Shown: positions 1-9,913 of the stretch, piece after piece
Layout: each line of letters starts with the position of its first letter
Numbering within the stretch: position 1 is the first letter of the stretch
Virus record (IMG/VR): IMGVR_UViG_3300023179_000026
Coordinates: 32,001-96,000 of that record
Source: a virus
DNA: 64,000 nt
Reading direction: 5' to 3' (one strand)
Notes under the pieces: model-generated
Database searches by the model: none
What the model was told of the DNA's origin: nothing
The model's input: only the letters and a program-made list of their open reading frames with translations
Program-made: the position numbers and the translations under genes

Positions 1-25
1 ACTTACTCCATACAATTGCTTTCAT
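1..25 (-). CDS. 5' fragment of a probable glutaredoxin (runs off the window)
   Basis: ATG at 25 reads MKAIVWSK, a typical phage glutaredoxin N-terminus; directly downstream of nrdB. Confidence 0.5.
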
Positions 26-48
26 TTATTTTCCTTTGTTATATAGTA

Positions 49-1155
49 TTAAAGCTGTGGTAGTAATTCTTTTTCCACTGTGTCACTCATCACACCAATA
101 ACGTAACTTGTACTTTCTGTTTCTTGTAATGCAGCTTGTTTCTTGTTTACGTTAAGATGTTTGTTAAACCATGGTATGGGATTACTCTTAGGATGACTAC
201 CATGATATTTAATACCAATATCACGTAGTTTACTATATGCAGTGTAATCAACAAATTCTTTTAGAATTTCTGCATTCAACCCAATGACAGGACCTTTCTT
301 AAACAAGTAATCTGCCCATGCTTTTTCTTCACGTATAACATCTTCATACAATGCATATACTTCTTGTTCACATTCAACTTTAGCTTGTGCAAAACGTGCA
401 TCTTCTTTAACAACTTGATTAATCATCCATGCTGTCCATTCAGTATGTAATAATTCATCTTGCAATATTAAACTAATAATATTACCATTACCAATAAAGA
501 TTTTGTTTTCTACCATTGCTAAACTAGTTGCAAATGACACCATAAAACGAAATGCTTCTAATGCATAACTTGCATTAAGTGCTAACCAAATTGCTTTGAT
601 ATGTGTTGATTCAAGGAAAGGAATAAAAGGAGCTTCGGAAGTTTCTTTCAAACAATTTAATCTGTGTAGCTCATCGTAATATTTCCCAACACTACTTGCC
701 ATGTCAATAATTTCTTGTGTATCGTGAATGGTATTAAACACATCTTTTGGCACACCGTAAATGTTACGTATAATATGACTATAGCTTTTACTATGAATGT
801 TGGTTTCAAAGAATGACCAATTATTTACCAATGCTTCTAACTCAGGTAAGCTTACCACAGGAGTAAACACTTGTGATGGAGCACGACCTTGTATACTATC
901 TAGTGCAGTTTGACGCAACAGATTACTAGTAAAGATGTGTTTAATTGCTTCGCTAGCATCTTTCATATCCATTTTGTCTTTGGTTAGTGTAACTTCTTCG
1001 GGTACCCAAAAAAAACCACGTGCGGTTTCTTCAAACTTGGCAATTTTTGGGTATTTTACTTCTTCAAATCGTTGCACCGTAATTGCACCATCTAAAAACA
1101 TGTGACGGTTTAAATAATCAACTTTAGTTGCTAAATTATATTGTTCTTTGCTCAT
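49..1155 (-). CDS. nrdB: Class Ia ribonucleotide reductase beta subunit
   Basis: QTALDSIQGR, ETNIHSKSY (radical Tyr), LEAFRF and DELLH match the E. coli NrdB iron-ligand motifs. Confidence 0.96.
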   Translation of the reverse strand: MSKEQYNLATKVDYLNRHMFLDGAITVQRFEEVKYPKIAKFEETARGFFWVPEEVTLTKDKMDMKDASEAIKHIFTSNLLRQTALDSIQGRAPSQVFTPVVSLPELEALVNNWSFFETNIHSKSYSHIIRNIYGVPKDVFNTIHDTQEIIDMASSVGKYYDELHRLNCLKETSEAPFIPFLESTHIKAIWLALNASYALEAFRFMVSFATSLAMVENKIFIGNGNIISLILQDELLHTEWTAWMINQVVKEDARFAQAKVECEQEVYALYEDVIREEKAWADYLFKKGPVIGLNAEILKEFVDYTAYSKLRDIGIKYHGSHPKSNPIPWFNKHLNVNKKQAALQETESTSYVIGVMSDTVEKELLPQL

Positions 1156-1811
1156 CTTTCAATCCATTGTTTTGCTTTATTATGTACACCACTTGCTAAC
1201 ACTATTTTACATATGTGTTCTAATCGCTCAATATGCTCAAATGCTCTCCATGGTGTAGAATCTACTGCAACTACACCATGTCCCTTAATACCTACAATAT
1301 CATACTTTATAAAACCACCATCAGTTAAACCAAAAGCAGCATGACATGCATCACCTAATTCTTGTGAAATAGGAGCTACATCACCAACATTAGGAGCAAC
1401 TTTAGTGTAACGACTTAATTCAGGAAAATCCTTGACTAAATTTTGTAACACAATACCTGCATGCATGGCTGCAATGGTATAAGTTGGATGTACATGCACT
1501 ACAACACGAATATCATCTGCATGTTGCCCTAATTCTTTCTGTAAACCAAAATGTAAAGGTAATTCCCCACTTGGTTTAAGATTACCACTTATGTCATCTT
1601 GGTTAATAACTTCAGGGTATAATTTGGTACCATCACGAACAATACGTATTTTTTTAAACATATCGTACTGCATTTTTTGTTTACGTACCCCACTAGGCGT
1701 TATATAAAAATGATTACGATCATGATAACGAATGCTAATGTTACCATCTCTACTTGTAATCCAATTTCTATGATAAGCTTCTACTAATATATCACAACAC
1801 GTTTCTAACAT
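1152..1811 (-). CDS. Class II aldolase/adducin family protein
   Basis: GNISIR, ITPSG, PSGELPLH, HVHP and GHGVVA are the family's Zn-binding motifs. Confidence 0.9.
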   Translation of the reverse strand: MLETCCDILVEAYHRNWITSRDGNISIRYHDRNHFYITPSGVRKQKMQYDMFKKIRIVRDGTKLYPEVINQDDISGNLKPSGELPLHFGLQKELGQHADDIRVVVHVHPTYTIAAMHAGIVLQNLVKDFPELSRYTKVAPNVGDVAPISQELGDACHAAFGLTDGGFIKYDIVGIKGHGVVAVDSTPWRAFEHIERLEHICKIVLASGVHNKAKQWIER

Positions 1812-2005
1812 TATTTTGTATAATCCACTGTCTGTGTAATTCTTATAACATTTAATTTTGGGGCACTGCTCAAACCATTATTATGATCATAATGTAATAT
1901 AACATCTACCCCATATGTATTGTGCAATTTAGCAATCAAACTGTTTATATCATCAATTTCGCTCTTTAATTGCACAACCAATCCCTCTACTGCTGCTTCT
2001 TTCAT
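1811..2005 (-). CDS. Hypothetical protein (64 aa)
   Basis: ATG overlaps the nrdA stop; stop abuts the aldolase start. Confidence 0.7.
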   Translation of the reverse strand: MKEAAVEGLVVQLKSEIDDINSLIAKLHNTYGVDVILHYDHNNGLSSAPKLNVIRITQTVDYTK

Positions 2006-4326
2006 AATACGCAACCTTCACATTCTTCCTCTAACATTTCCTGTTCTACATTAGCAACAAATGGTATAACATTATCATCTTTCAATGCAGCTTTTGCACC
2101 CATCTTGTTAATCAATGAGTAATAATAAGTTTTCAATCCCCAATGTATACCTAACATCAAGTTTTTAGCAATAGTAGTTGCAGGAACTTTGCCACCACTA
2201 TAGTGAGCAGGATTATAAAAAGTATTGGTACTTATGCTTTGGTCAATATATGCTGCTAATACTGCTGCGGTTTTAAGATAGTCAACACAATCCGTTTGTT
2301 CCCACATGAGTTGATAACGACTTTTTAATCGTTTGTACTCAGGAACAACTTGCACGAATGATCCTGCTTTACTTTCTTTTACGCTGATAAGTTCCATAGG
2401 CATTTCTATGCCATTGGTACTATTCAATACAACTGAACTGCTTTCAACAGGTGCAATTGCCATAAGTGTGGCATTGCGTATACCGTATTGTTTCATTCGT
2501 TGACGCAATGGTTCCCAATCTATGCTTGGTGTAAAATCAGCTAAATCATTCACACCTTGTGCTCTACGTTCCCAAGGGAATATACCACGACCGTAGTATG
2601 TATACTGACTACGTTTACATGCGCCACGTTCTTGTGCTAGTTCTACGCTAGCCTCAGTAAGGTAATAGGCTTGATGTTCCATCCAACGCTTTACTTCAGA
2701 AAGTGCTTCAGATGTACCATAACGATAATTTCTACGTGTATGCCAATAGGCTAAATTAGTTACACCAACCCCTAATGGTTCAAAATCATCATTGGCTAAT
2801 TTGCTCTGTACTGATAAGAAATCTTGATAATTAAGTAAATTACTTAAGCTACGAACAAGAACACGACACGCTTTACGCATTTCTTGTGGGCTACGGAACA
2901 CGCCCCAATTAATACTACCTAGTGTGCATAAGGCAATCCTGCCATTAGGGTCATCAATTCTTTGGAATGGGCGAGTTGGTAACAATATTTCTTGACACAA
3001 GTTACTTTGGTAGATAGGGTCTGTTTTAGTGTCAAATGATGATTGGTTGATGACGTTATCGATGTTGACAAGATATATTCTCCCCGTATCTGTTCTTTCT
3101 TTTAATATACCATTCTTAAATATTTCTTCTTCTGATATAACTTTTTTCTTGATATTTTTTGCATGTTCATATTTGACATATAGTTTTTCAAATTCAGCAG
3201 TATCTCTATAATAAGCTTCGTACAAGTCAGGAACTTCATGTGGGTCAAATAGTGTAATATTTTCATTGTTTTTATATCTGCGCCAAAATAGTTTACTAAT
3301 TACTACGCTATAATCCATCTGACGAACACGTGTTTCTTCTGTGCCTTGATTGTTTTTTAGCACAATAAAATCTTCGAATTGTGCATGCCATATAGGAAGT
3401 GTAACAGTACAACTAGCATTACGAATACCACCTTGTGAGCATGAACGTAAATCAGAAAACCATTTCTTTAAAAATGGTATCAATCCTGTATGCTTAATTT
3501 CTCCATTGCGAATAGGTGCTCCAAGTGGGCGTACACGACCAATTTCTAGCCCAATACCTGCACGTTTACTCGCATATTTTGCCATCATTTCTCCTGCAGC
3601 AAATATGCTATCAAGGGTATCATCACTACTGATAAGAACGCAAGAACTGAACTGTTTAGTAGTAGTCCCAAGCCCAGCAAGCACAGGGGTGGCAAGAGTG
3701 AAATGACCATCTGAAGCGCACTCATAATATTCCTTTACTAACTTTAACCTAGTATCTTTAGGTTCATTGTGAAATGCTGTAGCTGCTGCAATTGCATATC
3801 TTATTTGCGGTGTTTCATATAGTTTGCCCGTTGCACGATTTTGTACAAGATACTTTTCGCATAATTGTTCAATGGCACTATAGGTGTATTTTTGATCCTT
3901 ATCATGATCCATGAATAATTCAATAGTATCCCATTCTTGTTCACTATACCACGTTAATAAGTCAGGGGTATACATGTTCAATTCTATATTGCGTTTAATT
4001 ATATCGTACAAACGTGGTGGTTCATATGTTCCATAGACTTCTTTGCGCAACATACTGACACGTTGGCGACCTGCTACATATTGATAATTTACATGATTAA
4101 TCTCAGGATTTTCAGTTTCATCAATCAAGTCTACCATAGCTTTGAGTAATAACTCATCGATTGTTTGCGTGGTCATACCATCGGTAAATTGTATTTGCGC
4201 ACGTATTTCAATCATGCTTGGGCTGACGTTATCTATGCCTCTGCATCCGTTTTGTACTTGTCTTTGTATTTTAGAAATGTCTAAAGGAACACGTGTCCCA
4301 TCTCGTTTTATAACGTTTATTGTCAT
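2002..4326 (-). CDS. nrdA: Class Ia ribonucleotide reductase alpha subunit with N-terminal ATP cone
   Basis: VIKRDG ATP cone, QFSSC, SNLCQEI, LCTLGSIN, LKTYYY and C-terminal CEGC. Confidence 0.97.
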   Translation of the reverse strand: MTINVIKRDGTRVPLDISKIQRQVQNGCRGIDNVSPSMIEIRAQIQFTDGMTTQTIDELLLKAMVDLIDETENPEINHVNYQYVAGRQRVSMLRKEVYGTYEPPRLYDIIKRNIELNMYTPDLLTWYSEQEWDTIELFMDHDKDQKYTYSAIEQLCEKYLVQNRATGKLYETPQIRYAIAAATAFHNEPKDTRLKLVKEYYECASDGHFTLATPVLAGLGTTTKQFSSCVLISSDDTLDSIFAAGEMMAKYASKRAGIGLEIGRVRPLGAPIRNGEIKHTGLIPFLKKWFSDLRSCSQGGIRNASCTVTLPIWHAQFEDFIVLKNNQGTEETRVRQMDYSVVISKLFWRRYKNNENITLFDPHEVPDLYEAYYRDTAEFEKLYVKYEHAKNIKKKVISEEEIFKNGILKERTDTGRIYLVNIDNVINQSSFDTKTDPIYQSNLCQEILLPTRPFQRIDDPNGRIALCTLGSINWGVFRSPQEMRKACRVLVRSLSNLLNYQDFLSVQSKLANDDFEPLGVGVTNLAYWHTRRNYRYGTSEALSEVKRWMEHQAYYLTEASVELAQERGACKRSQYTYYGRGIFPWERRAQGVNDLADFTPSIDWEPLRQRMKQYGIRNATLMAIAPVESSSVVLNSTNGIEMPMELISVKESKAGSFVQVVPEYKRLKSRYQLMWEQTDCVDYLKTAAVLAAYIDQSISTNTFYNPAHYSGGKVPATTIAKNLMLGIHWGLKTYYYSLINKMGAKAALKDDNVIPFVANVEQEMLEEECEGCVL

Positions 4327-4427
4327 TGTTTGAAACCTTATTATTTTGTGTGCTGTTAAGTGATTTTTTATTTAGAATATACGCTTGCTAGTAATTAAGC
4401 TTATATTTTACACTTTGAGTAGCACTA

Positions 4428-4458
4428 AGGACTAATAGTACAAAAATATATTAGTCCT
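4428..4458. repeat. 10-bp inverted repeat overlapping the nrdA promoter
   Basis: AGGACTAATA-N11-TATTAGTCCT. Confidence 0.8.
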
Positions 4459-4463
4459 GTCAA
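4435..4463 (-). promoter_or_regulatory. sigma70-type promoter upstream of nrdA
   Basis: TTGACA-17 nt-TACTAT on the minus strand. Confidence 0.65.
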
Positions 4464-4467
4464 TAAA

Positions 4468-7293
4468 TTAGGAGGTAGATTCTCGTTTACCAATGACAAA
4501 ATACGTGTCAGACAATGATCTAAAGATATCAAATGTATAAACGTCATATCCACCTGTAACAGGAGTTGGTGCGCCGTTTATCCATGAAATATTTGCAGCA
4601 GACCCATCAATACGTATAGAATTAGCCACATATCCTATTGTATTTGCATTTTTAAATACTGCTGATACCGTAACATTACGTTGAATAAAAGTGGTATTAG
4701 ACAGATTTACAATGTCTAATATGAAATTACCTGAACTTGGTGATGTATACAAGTAACTAACTGCTACCTGTGTATCCAAAGTAACTAAAGGATTTGGTGC
4801 AACAGAGGTTTCATAAAAATAAACTGATGGAACTATTGATGTAGTATTTCTAAAACTTACAGTGTTTGCTGCTAAAATATTAGCTTGTATGTTTCCAATA
4901 GTTGTGTTGGCTGCGGTAATACGTGTTACGGTAAGTAATGCATTTGAACTATCGTAGGTTAAATTACTATTAGGTGAAGTAATATTACCTGTTATTTCTA
5001 TATTGCTTACTGAAGTATTTCCGACTACAGTAAGGTTAACTAGGTTTCCTACACTTGTAATATTTGGCTGTGCATTACTATTACTACCAAATGTAGCGGT
5101 TAAATAACTACCTACACCGAAATTACTACTTACATAACCATTTCCTGTACTTAAAAAGCTACCATTAGCATAAAATGTAGCTGTTCCTGTGCTACCAATA
5201 ACTAAATTAGATAATTGACCAATTTGTGTAATATTTGGTTGTGCATTGGTTGTAAGTTGTCCTGTTATACCATTACCTGCTATGACTATATTTGCTGTAA
5301 CGTTACCTACTACATTGGCTGAACCTGTTACTGTTAGACTACTTAAATTTCCAATAGAAGTAATATTTGGTTGAGCTGCTGTTGCTAATGAACCATTCAA
5401 TACGTTTGCTGTAACTAAGTTAGCGTTTAAGTTACCACCTAAAACCGCATTACCACTTATAATAGCCTCTCCTGTAACAGCTATACCTGAGTTAGCTATG
5501 ACTACAACATTTGCTACTCCTGAAGGATTAAAAAGTATATTTCCGTTAACAGAGGGAATGGCTATATTACTACTGCCGTTTGCCAAATTACCAACAAAAT
5601 TTAATCCTGTTACATTTCCTGTAGCACTAATATTACCATTTATGTTTACGCCTGTTGCAGTGAAATTAGCAATTGAGTTACCCACTGCGGTAATTTGTAC
5701 ATTACTATTACTTGCAATGCTAATATTACTGTTACCATTTACTAAATTACCAATAAGAGTAACTGCTGTTAAAACATTGCCAACAGTTACAGAATTAGCT
5801 ATGGTTGTATTAGCGGTAGACCCGTTAGAAGTTACAACAATTATATCAGGTTGACCATTTACCGCAAAGCTAATATTTGCGTTAGGTGCAACATAAATGT
5901 TGCTATTTCCATTGACAACAGTTGAGGTGTTAACATTGCCTGTTATGGTAAGTGCTGTAATGTTACCTGAAAAATTAGCATTATTAGCAGTAAGGTTACC
6001 TGTTATTGCTACGTTTGCAGCAAAATTACCTGTATTTGCTGTAATAGTATTACTTACAATGTTACTAATATTTGCATTGGCAGATACAATATTTCTTGTC
6101 GCTGTGATATTACCCGCACTAATCGCAACATTGACGGTACCATTACCAATTAATACATTACCTGTTGTTTCTATATTTCCACTTAAAGTTAAAGAATTAC
6201 CTGTTACTGCACCATTAACAATTAAATTAGCATTGCCTATAGTGACATTACCTGCATTAGCAGATAATGTTGAGTCACCTAAGTATATGGTAGAATTACT
6301 TAAATATATATCATTCCAACGACTTGTAGCATTGCCTAAATTATAAGTAACATTTGCGTTGGGTATAAGATTAGATACAATATTGGTAACAGCTAAGGTA
6401 TTAACAGTGGTAGCATTAGCTATGGATAAATTACTAGCTGTAATATTGTTTGTAGCAGTTACGTTACCATTGCTAATGAATACATTAACTGTAGCATTAC
6501 CTATGTTAGCATTAGCTGAGAAAGAAGCATTTGCACCACTTACAAAACCTTGTGCATTGACATTACCTGTTAAGCTAATACCTGCTGCATTAGCCCATAC
6601 ATTACTATTACCTACGATTAAATTACCTGCTGTATTTGACCCTGAACCATCATTTACTTCAAGAGTGGTTGCAGCACGTAATAATTGATTAGCGACAATT
6701 GTATTAGATACTATATTGGCATTAACGTTGGCTTGATCAACTGTAATTCTTGTAGCAAAAATCAAACCGTTTGAAATATTTGCATTACCTGAGAAGTAAG
6801 CAGTAGTGATATTTGCAATATTAATAGTAGCAGTATTTGATACGCTTAGGTTGGTAGTATTAGTATTTCCTGTAACAACGAGTGTAGTATTTGCATCAAA
6901 ATAAGTTAAATTAGCACTAGCATTAAGTGAACCTGCGTTGTTATATTGAATTTGATTAGTTGAACCTGCTACTGTACCTGCTACTGCGTTAGGTACTGCG
7001 CTCCATGTTAAAATACCATTTCCATTGGTTTGTAAAAAATAACCATTATTACCACCACCTAAAGAAAAATTGGCAACATTAGCAATCGTAACGTTACCAT
7101 TAAGTTCTATAGGACTGTATTTCGTAAGAATTTCAGTGTTATTTGGGTCAGGATCACCCACACGATTAGCGTCATTACCAATGAATAACCTACGTTCATC
7201 GTCTGCCCAACCAAATTCACCTGCGCTAAGTTGAGGTAAATCTGCAACATTACCTGTTCTTACCTGAATTTTGCTAATTTGAATGATTGCCAT
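4468..7293 (-). CDS. Tail fibre / receptor-binding-like structural protein (941 aa)
   Basis: Mtd_N-like N-terminus (IQVRTG...LSAGEFGW...RLFIG); long Asn/Ala/Val/Ile/Thr-rich beta-type body with AQPNITxIG and NGNSNI repeats; late motif upstream. Confidence 0.75.
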   Translation of the reverse strand: MAIIQISKIQVRTGNVADLPQLSAGEFGWADDERRLFIGNDANRVGDPDPNNTEILTKYSPIELNGNVTIANVANFSLGGGNNGYFLQTNGNGILTWSAVPNAVAGTVAGSTNQIQYNNAGSLNASANLTYFDANTTLVVTGNTNTTNLSVSNTATINIANITTAYFSGNANISNGLIFATRITVDQANVNANIVSNTIVANQLLRAATTLEVNDGSGSNTAGNLIVGNSNVWANAAGISLTGNVNAQGFVSGANASFSANANIGNATVNVFISNGNVTATNNITASNLSIANATTVNTLAVTNIVSNLIPNANVTYNLGNATSRWNDIYLSNSTIYLGDSTLSANAGNVTIGNANLIVNGAVTGNSLTLSGNIETTGNVLIGNGTVNVAISAGNITATRNIVSANANISNIVSNTITANTGNFAANVAITGNLTANNANFSGNITALTITGNVNTSTVVNGNSNIYVAPNANISFAVNGQPDIIVVTSNGSTANTTIANSVTVGNVLTAVTLIGNLVNGNSNISIASNSNVQITAVGNSIANFTATGVNINGNISATGNVTGLNFVGNLANGSSNIAIPSVNGNILFNPSGVANVVVIANSGIAVTGEAIISGNAVLGGNLNANLVTANVLNGSLATAAQPNITSIGNLSSLTVTGSANVVGNVTANIVIAGNGITGQLTTNAQPNITQIGQLSNLVIGSTGTATFYANGSFLSTGNGYVSSNFGVGSYLTATFGSNSNAQPNITSVGNLVNLTVVGNTSVSNIEITGNITSPNSNLTYDSSNALLTVTRITAANTTIGNIQANILAANTVSFRNTTSIVPSVYFYETSVAPNPLVTLDTQVAVSYLYTSPSSGNFILDIVNLSNTTFIQRNVTVSAVFKNANTIGYVANSIRIDGSAANISWINGAPTPVTGGYDVYTFDIFRSLSDTYFVIGKRESTS

Positions 7294-7324
7294 AATATAT
7301 CTTTTAAGTGATATATTTATTTAG

Positions 7325-8035
7325 TCAAACTGCTAGTCTAGCCTCAACTATAGCAAAATATTCTTCTAACCTACCCCACATTAAATCCATATAATTTGAC
7401 CAATCACTACCATTTAATATAAATTCTTGATACATGGGTTTAGTTTTTTCATCAGGTTTAACACACATCATGATTACACCTTGATTGATATTGGTGCCAT
7501 GTACTTCATTATGTGCAGCAGCATAAAATACAAGTTGTAGGAAATATCCACTTATCCAATCACGTTTTTTTGGTTTATTGGATTGTTTAAAATCAATGAT
7601 ACTTGGAATACCGTTATGTACACCTACACAATCTGTTGTACCTGCGTATAATTTTGGATAGTATAGAGGTACTTCTACTCCCCAAAATTCTTGACAATTA
7701 ACTAAGCCATTTTGGATAATTTGTTCAGCCATATCCCAACTATCATGGTGCATAAAATTAGTTGATTTAGCGGGTTGAACACCATCCTTTACATAATGTT
7801 CAAGGTAAGTATGCATTTTAGTACCACGGTTAGCTGCTTCAGTAGTGATTTGTTGCGCTTTATTTTCACCTACCCGTTGTTTCCATTCAAACAACTTTTT
7901 CTTTTCTTCTTCGGGTTTGGTAGCATCAAGAATAGTAGTTACAGAGGGTAATTTACCGCTAGGAGTGTTATAATGTCTTTTGCCATCAATGTTGACACGA
8001 TTGAATGGAATATATTTAAATTTATGATTGTACAT
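7325..8035 (-). CDS. PD-(D/E)XK exonuclease-like protein
   Basis: LPSVTTIL, RGTKMH, E-x-P, AGTTDC, IIDFKQS and QLVFYA motifs. Confidence 0.85.
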   Translation of the reverse strand: MYNHKFKYIPFNRVNIDGKRHYNTPSGKLPSVTTILDATKPEEEKKKLFEWKQRVGENKAQQITTEAANRGTKMHTYLEHYVKDGVQPAKSTNFMHHDSWDMAEQIIQNGLVNCQEFWGVEVPLYYPKLYAGTTDCVGVHNGIPSIIDFKQSNKPKKRDWISGYFLQLVFYAAAHNEVHGTNINQGVIMMCVKPDEKTKPMYQEFILNGSDWSNYMDLMWGRLEEYFAIVEARLAV

Positions 8036-8087
8036 TTGTTATTAGTTATAGATTAAATGAAATTAAATTGCAAGCAATTTAGATAGC

Positions 8088-8408
8088 TTATACTGTAAAG
8101 CTTTCGCCACAACCGCAACGACTCTTTTCAAGTGGATTAACAAATTCAAATCCTTCATTTAACCCTTTTTTCTGATAATCAACTATTAAATCATTCAAAT
8201 ATACGTGATGTTCAGGTTTAATATATACATGTACACCATGTGATTCATGTATAGTCATACCAACTTGTAGATTATCTATATATTCTAACGTGTATGCCAA
8301 ACCACTACAGCCTGTGGTTTTTACACCAATTTGTATTCCAATACCACGACCACGTTTGTTTAATAAATTTTTGATTTTTTCTGCTGCTACATCAGTTAAT
8401 GATATCAT
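8088..8408 (-). CDS. iscA: A-type Fe-S cluster carrier (IscA/HesB)
   Basis: GVKTTGCSGLAY and C-terminal CGCGESF. Confidence 0.93.
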   Translation of the reverse strand: MISLTDVAAEKIKNLLNKRGRGIGIQIGVKTTGCSGLAYTLEYIDNLQVGMTIHESHGVHVYIKPEHHVYLNDLIVDYQKKGLNEGFEFVNPLEKSRCGCGESFTV

Positions 8409-8410
8409 TT

Positions 8411-8758
8411 TTACATTGATTTTGTTGCTTTTATAGCCATGTCTTTTACAGCTTTTTCACTATTATCGGTAGCTGATTTTGTTTTATCAGTACCTACGCC
8501 CTTGAAATATACATTTTTATCAAAGTCTGATATAATATTTTTGATTGGATCATCTTTTATAATATTGTACAAATCATCTTTACTTAGGCTTACTCCGTCC
8601 TTACGTAAAATTTCTAGAACAGATTTGGTTGTGTATGGATTTTTTGCACCGCTATCTTCATAGCGAGCACGAAGTTGACTTAACAAAGACGTAATCTTTA
8701 CACGAATTGGATTATCGTCTTTGTCATCATCCTCAATAATAAATTCACGAAATCGCAC
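8411..8758 (-). CDS. Hypothetical protein, probably virion-associated
   Basis: 115 aa ORF with MRFREFIIE N-terminus, in operon. Confidence 0.75.
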   Translation of the reverse strand: MRFREFIIEDDDKDDNPIRVKITSLLSQLRARYEDSGAKNPYTTKSVLEILRKDGVSLSKDDLYNIIKDDPIKNIISDFDKNVYFKGVGTDKTKSATDNSEKAVKDMAIKATKSM

Positions 8759-8760
8759 GA

Positions 8761-9462
8761 TTAGCGTAACTCTCTACCTGCTGCGCCAACTTCTTCTTCA
8801 TCCTCATCAGGCATAGGTAATGATGGCATTTCATCTGCGTCCATATCTGCTTCAGGTGCTGCTAATTCAGGTTCATCACTCACAGGTGCTGCTGCTCCTG
8901 CTGCGTCAAATCCTGATGCTGCGGGGCGACCTAACAACACATCTTGTGCGCTTACGATAGAAGACTTTGCTTGTGCGATAGCATCTTGTAATTGGCTTAA
9001 TGCATCACTAGCACTTTGACTAAATTGATCTGCACCAACTGCACTTTGTTCAGTTTGGCGCATTTGTTCTTCAATGGCTGCAAGATCTTTAACACGCATG
9101 TCACTAACACGCTCAACCATCTTTTGTAACTCTTGAATCATGTTTTCTGCTGCCATAACATTAGCTGCAGAAGTAACTGTTTCATCTTCTACAACAATTG
9201 TTGGTTTTACATTTAAGTCAGCAAAATGATTAGAAAGCATTTGCTCCATCATTACAAGCTTTAAATATGAATTATTTTTATGACTTTCATGTATTCTACT
9301 TGTAGTACGAGCATCTTTTAAAAGTGTACGTACCTTTTCAAGCATACTTTTAGTAGTACGGAAATCAAGCTTATTTAAATCATAGCTAATACCATAATGT
9401 TCTTTAAGAGCACGACTAGCGATTTTACTTGCTTTACTTTCGTTTAGTTCTGTTAATTTCAT
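8761..9462 (-). CDS. Hypothetical helical protein with acidic tail (possible head/scaffold protein)
   Basis: Likely start MKLTELNES with AAGGA upstream; TAAATA at 9504-9509. Confidence 0.7.
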   Translation of the reverse strand: MKLTELNESKASKIASRALKEHYGISYDLNKLDFRTTKSMLEKVRTLLKDARTTSRIHESHKNNSYLKLVMMEQMLSNHFADLNVKPTIVVEDETVTSAANVMAAENMIQELQKMVERVSDMRVKDLAAIEEQMRQTEQSAVGADQFSQSASDALSQLQDAIAQAKSSIVSAQDVLLGRPAASGFDAAGAAAPVSDEPELAAPEADMDADEMPSLPMPDEDEEEVGAAGRELR

Positions 9463-9913
9463 TTTCAAATCCTTTTTGTTGGCATAGTTTAGCAACTTTA
9501 ATGTATTTATCTATTTCATGCTGTAAACTAGTTTGTTTATACAAAATACTTTGTAGCTTGGCGTTTTGTATAAGATAAGTTTCCAAATTGGCTTTTTTCT
9601 GTAGCTTTTTATGTATCTTCTTTTCAAACTCTAGCCCAACTATAAGACTATCAATTTCATGTAATTTAGTTGCTTCATGCATCTTATATTTACTATCTAA
9701 AATAGACCAAGCTATGGCATTTTTTACGGTAAAAAAGTGAAAAACTTTATCATCACCACGCCTTAACACAGTAAACATATTATCTTTTTTAGTTATGAAA
9801 TACTTATTGTATATCACATATCCATTGTCTGTATCAAAAATTATCTTATTGACTACTTTTGGAATTACTATTTCTGCAATCGCTTGCAATTTATCATAGG
9901 GTATTTTTCTCAT
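9434..9913 (-). CDS. Hypothetical protein
   Basis: 159 aa ORF overlapping both neighbours. Confidence 0.7.
   Translation of the reverse strand: MRKIPYDKLQAIAEIVIPKVVNKIIFDTDNGYVIYNKYFITKKDNMFTVLRRGDDKVFHFFTVKNAIAWSILDSKYKMHEATKLHEIDSLIVGLEFEKKIHKKLQKKANLETYLIQNAKLQSILYKQTSLQHEIDKYIKVAKLCQQKGFENEINRTKRK

Noticed and set aside
4428-4463. NrdR box at nrdA
   Set aside because: I could not align it to the acaCwAtATaTwGtgt consensus
4468-7293. Diversity-generating retroelement target (Mtd_N-like head)
   Set aside because: No reverse transcriptase and no template/variable repeat pair differing at adenines in the window
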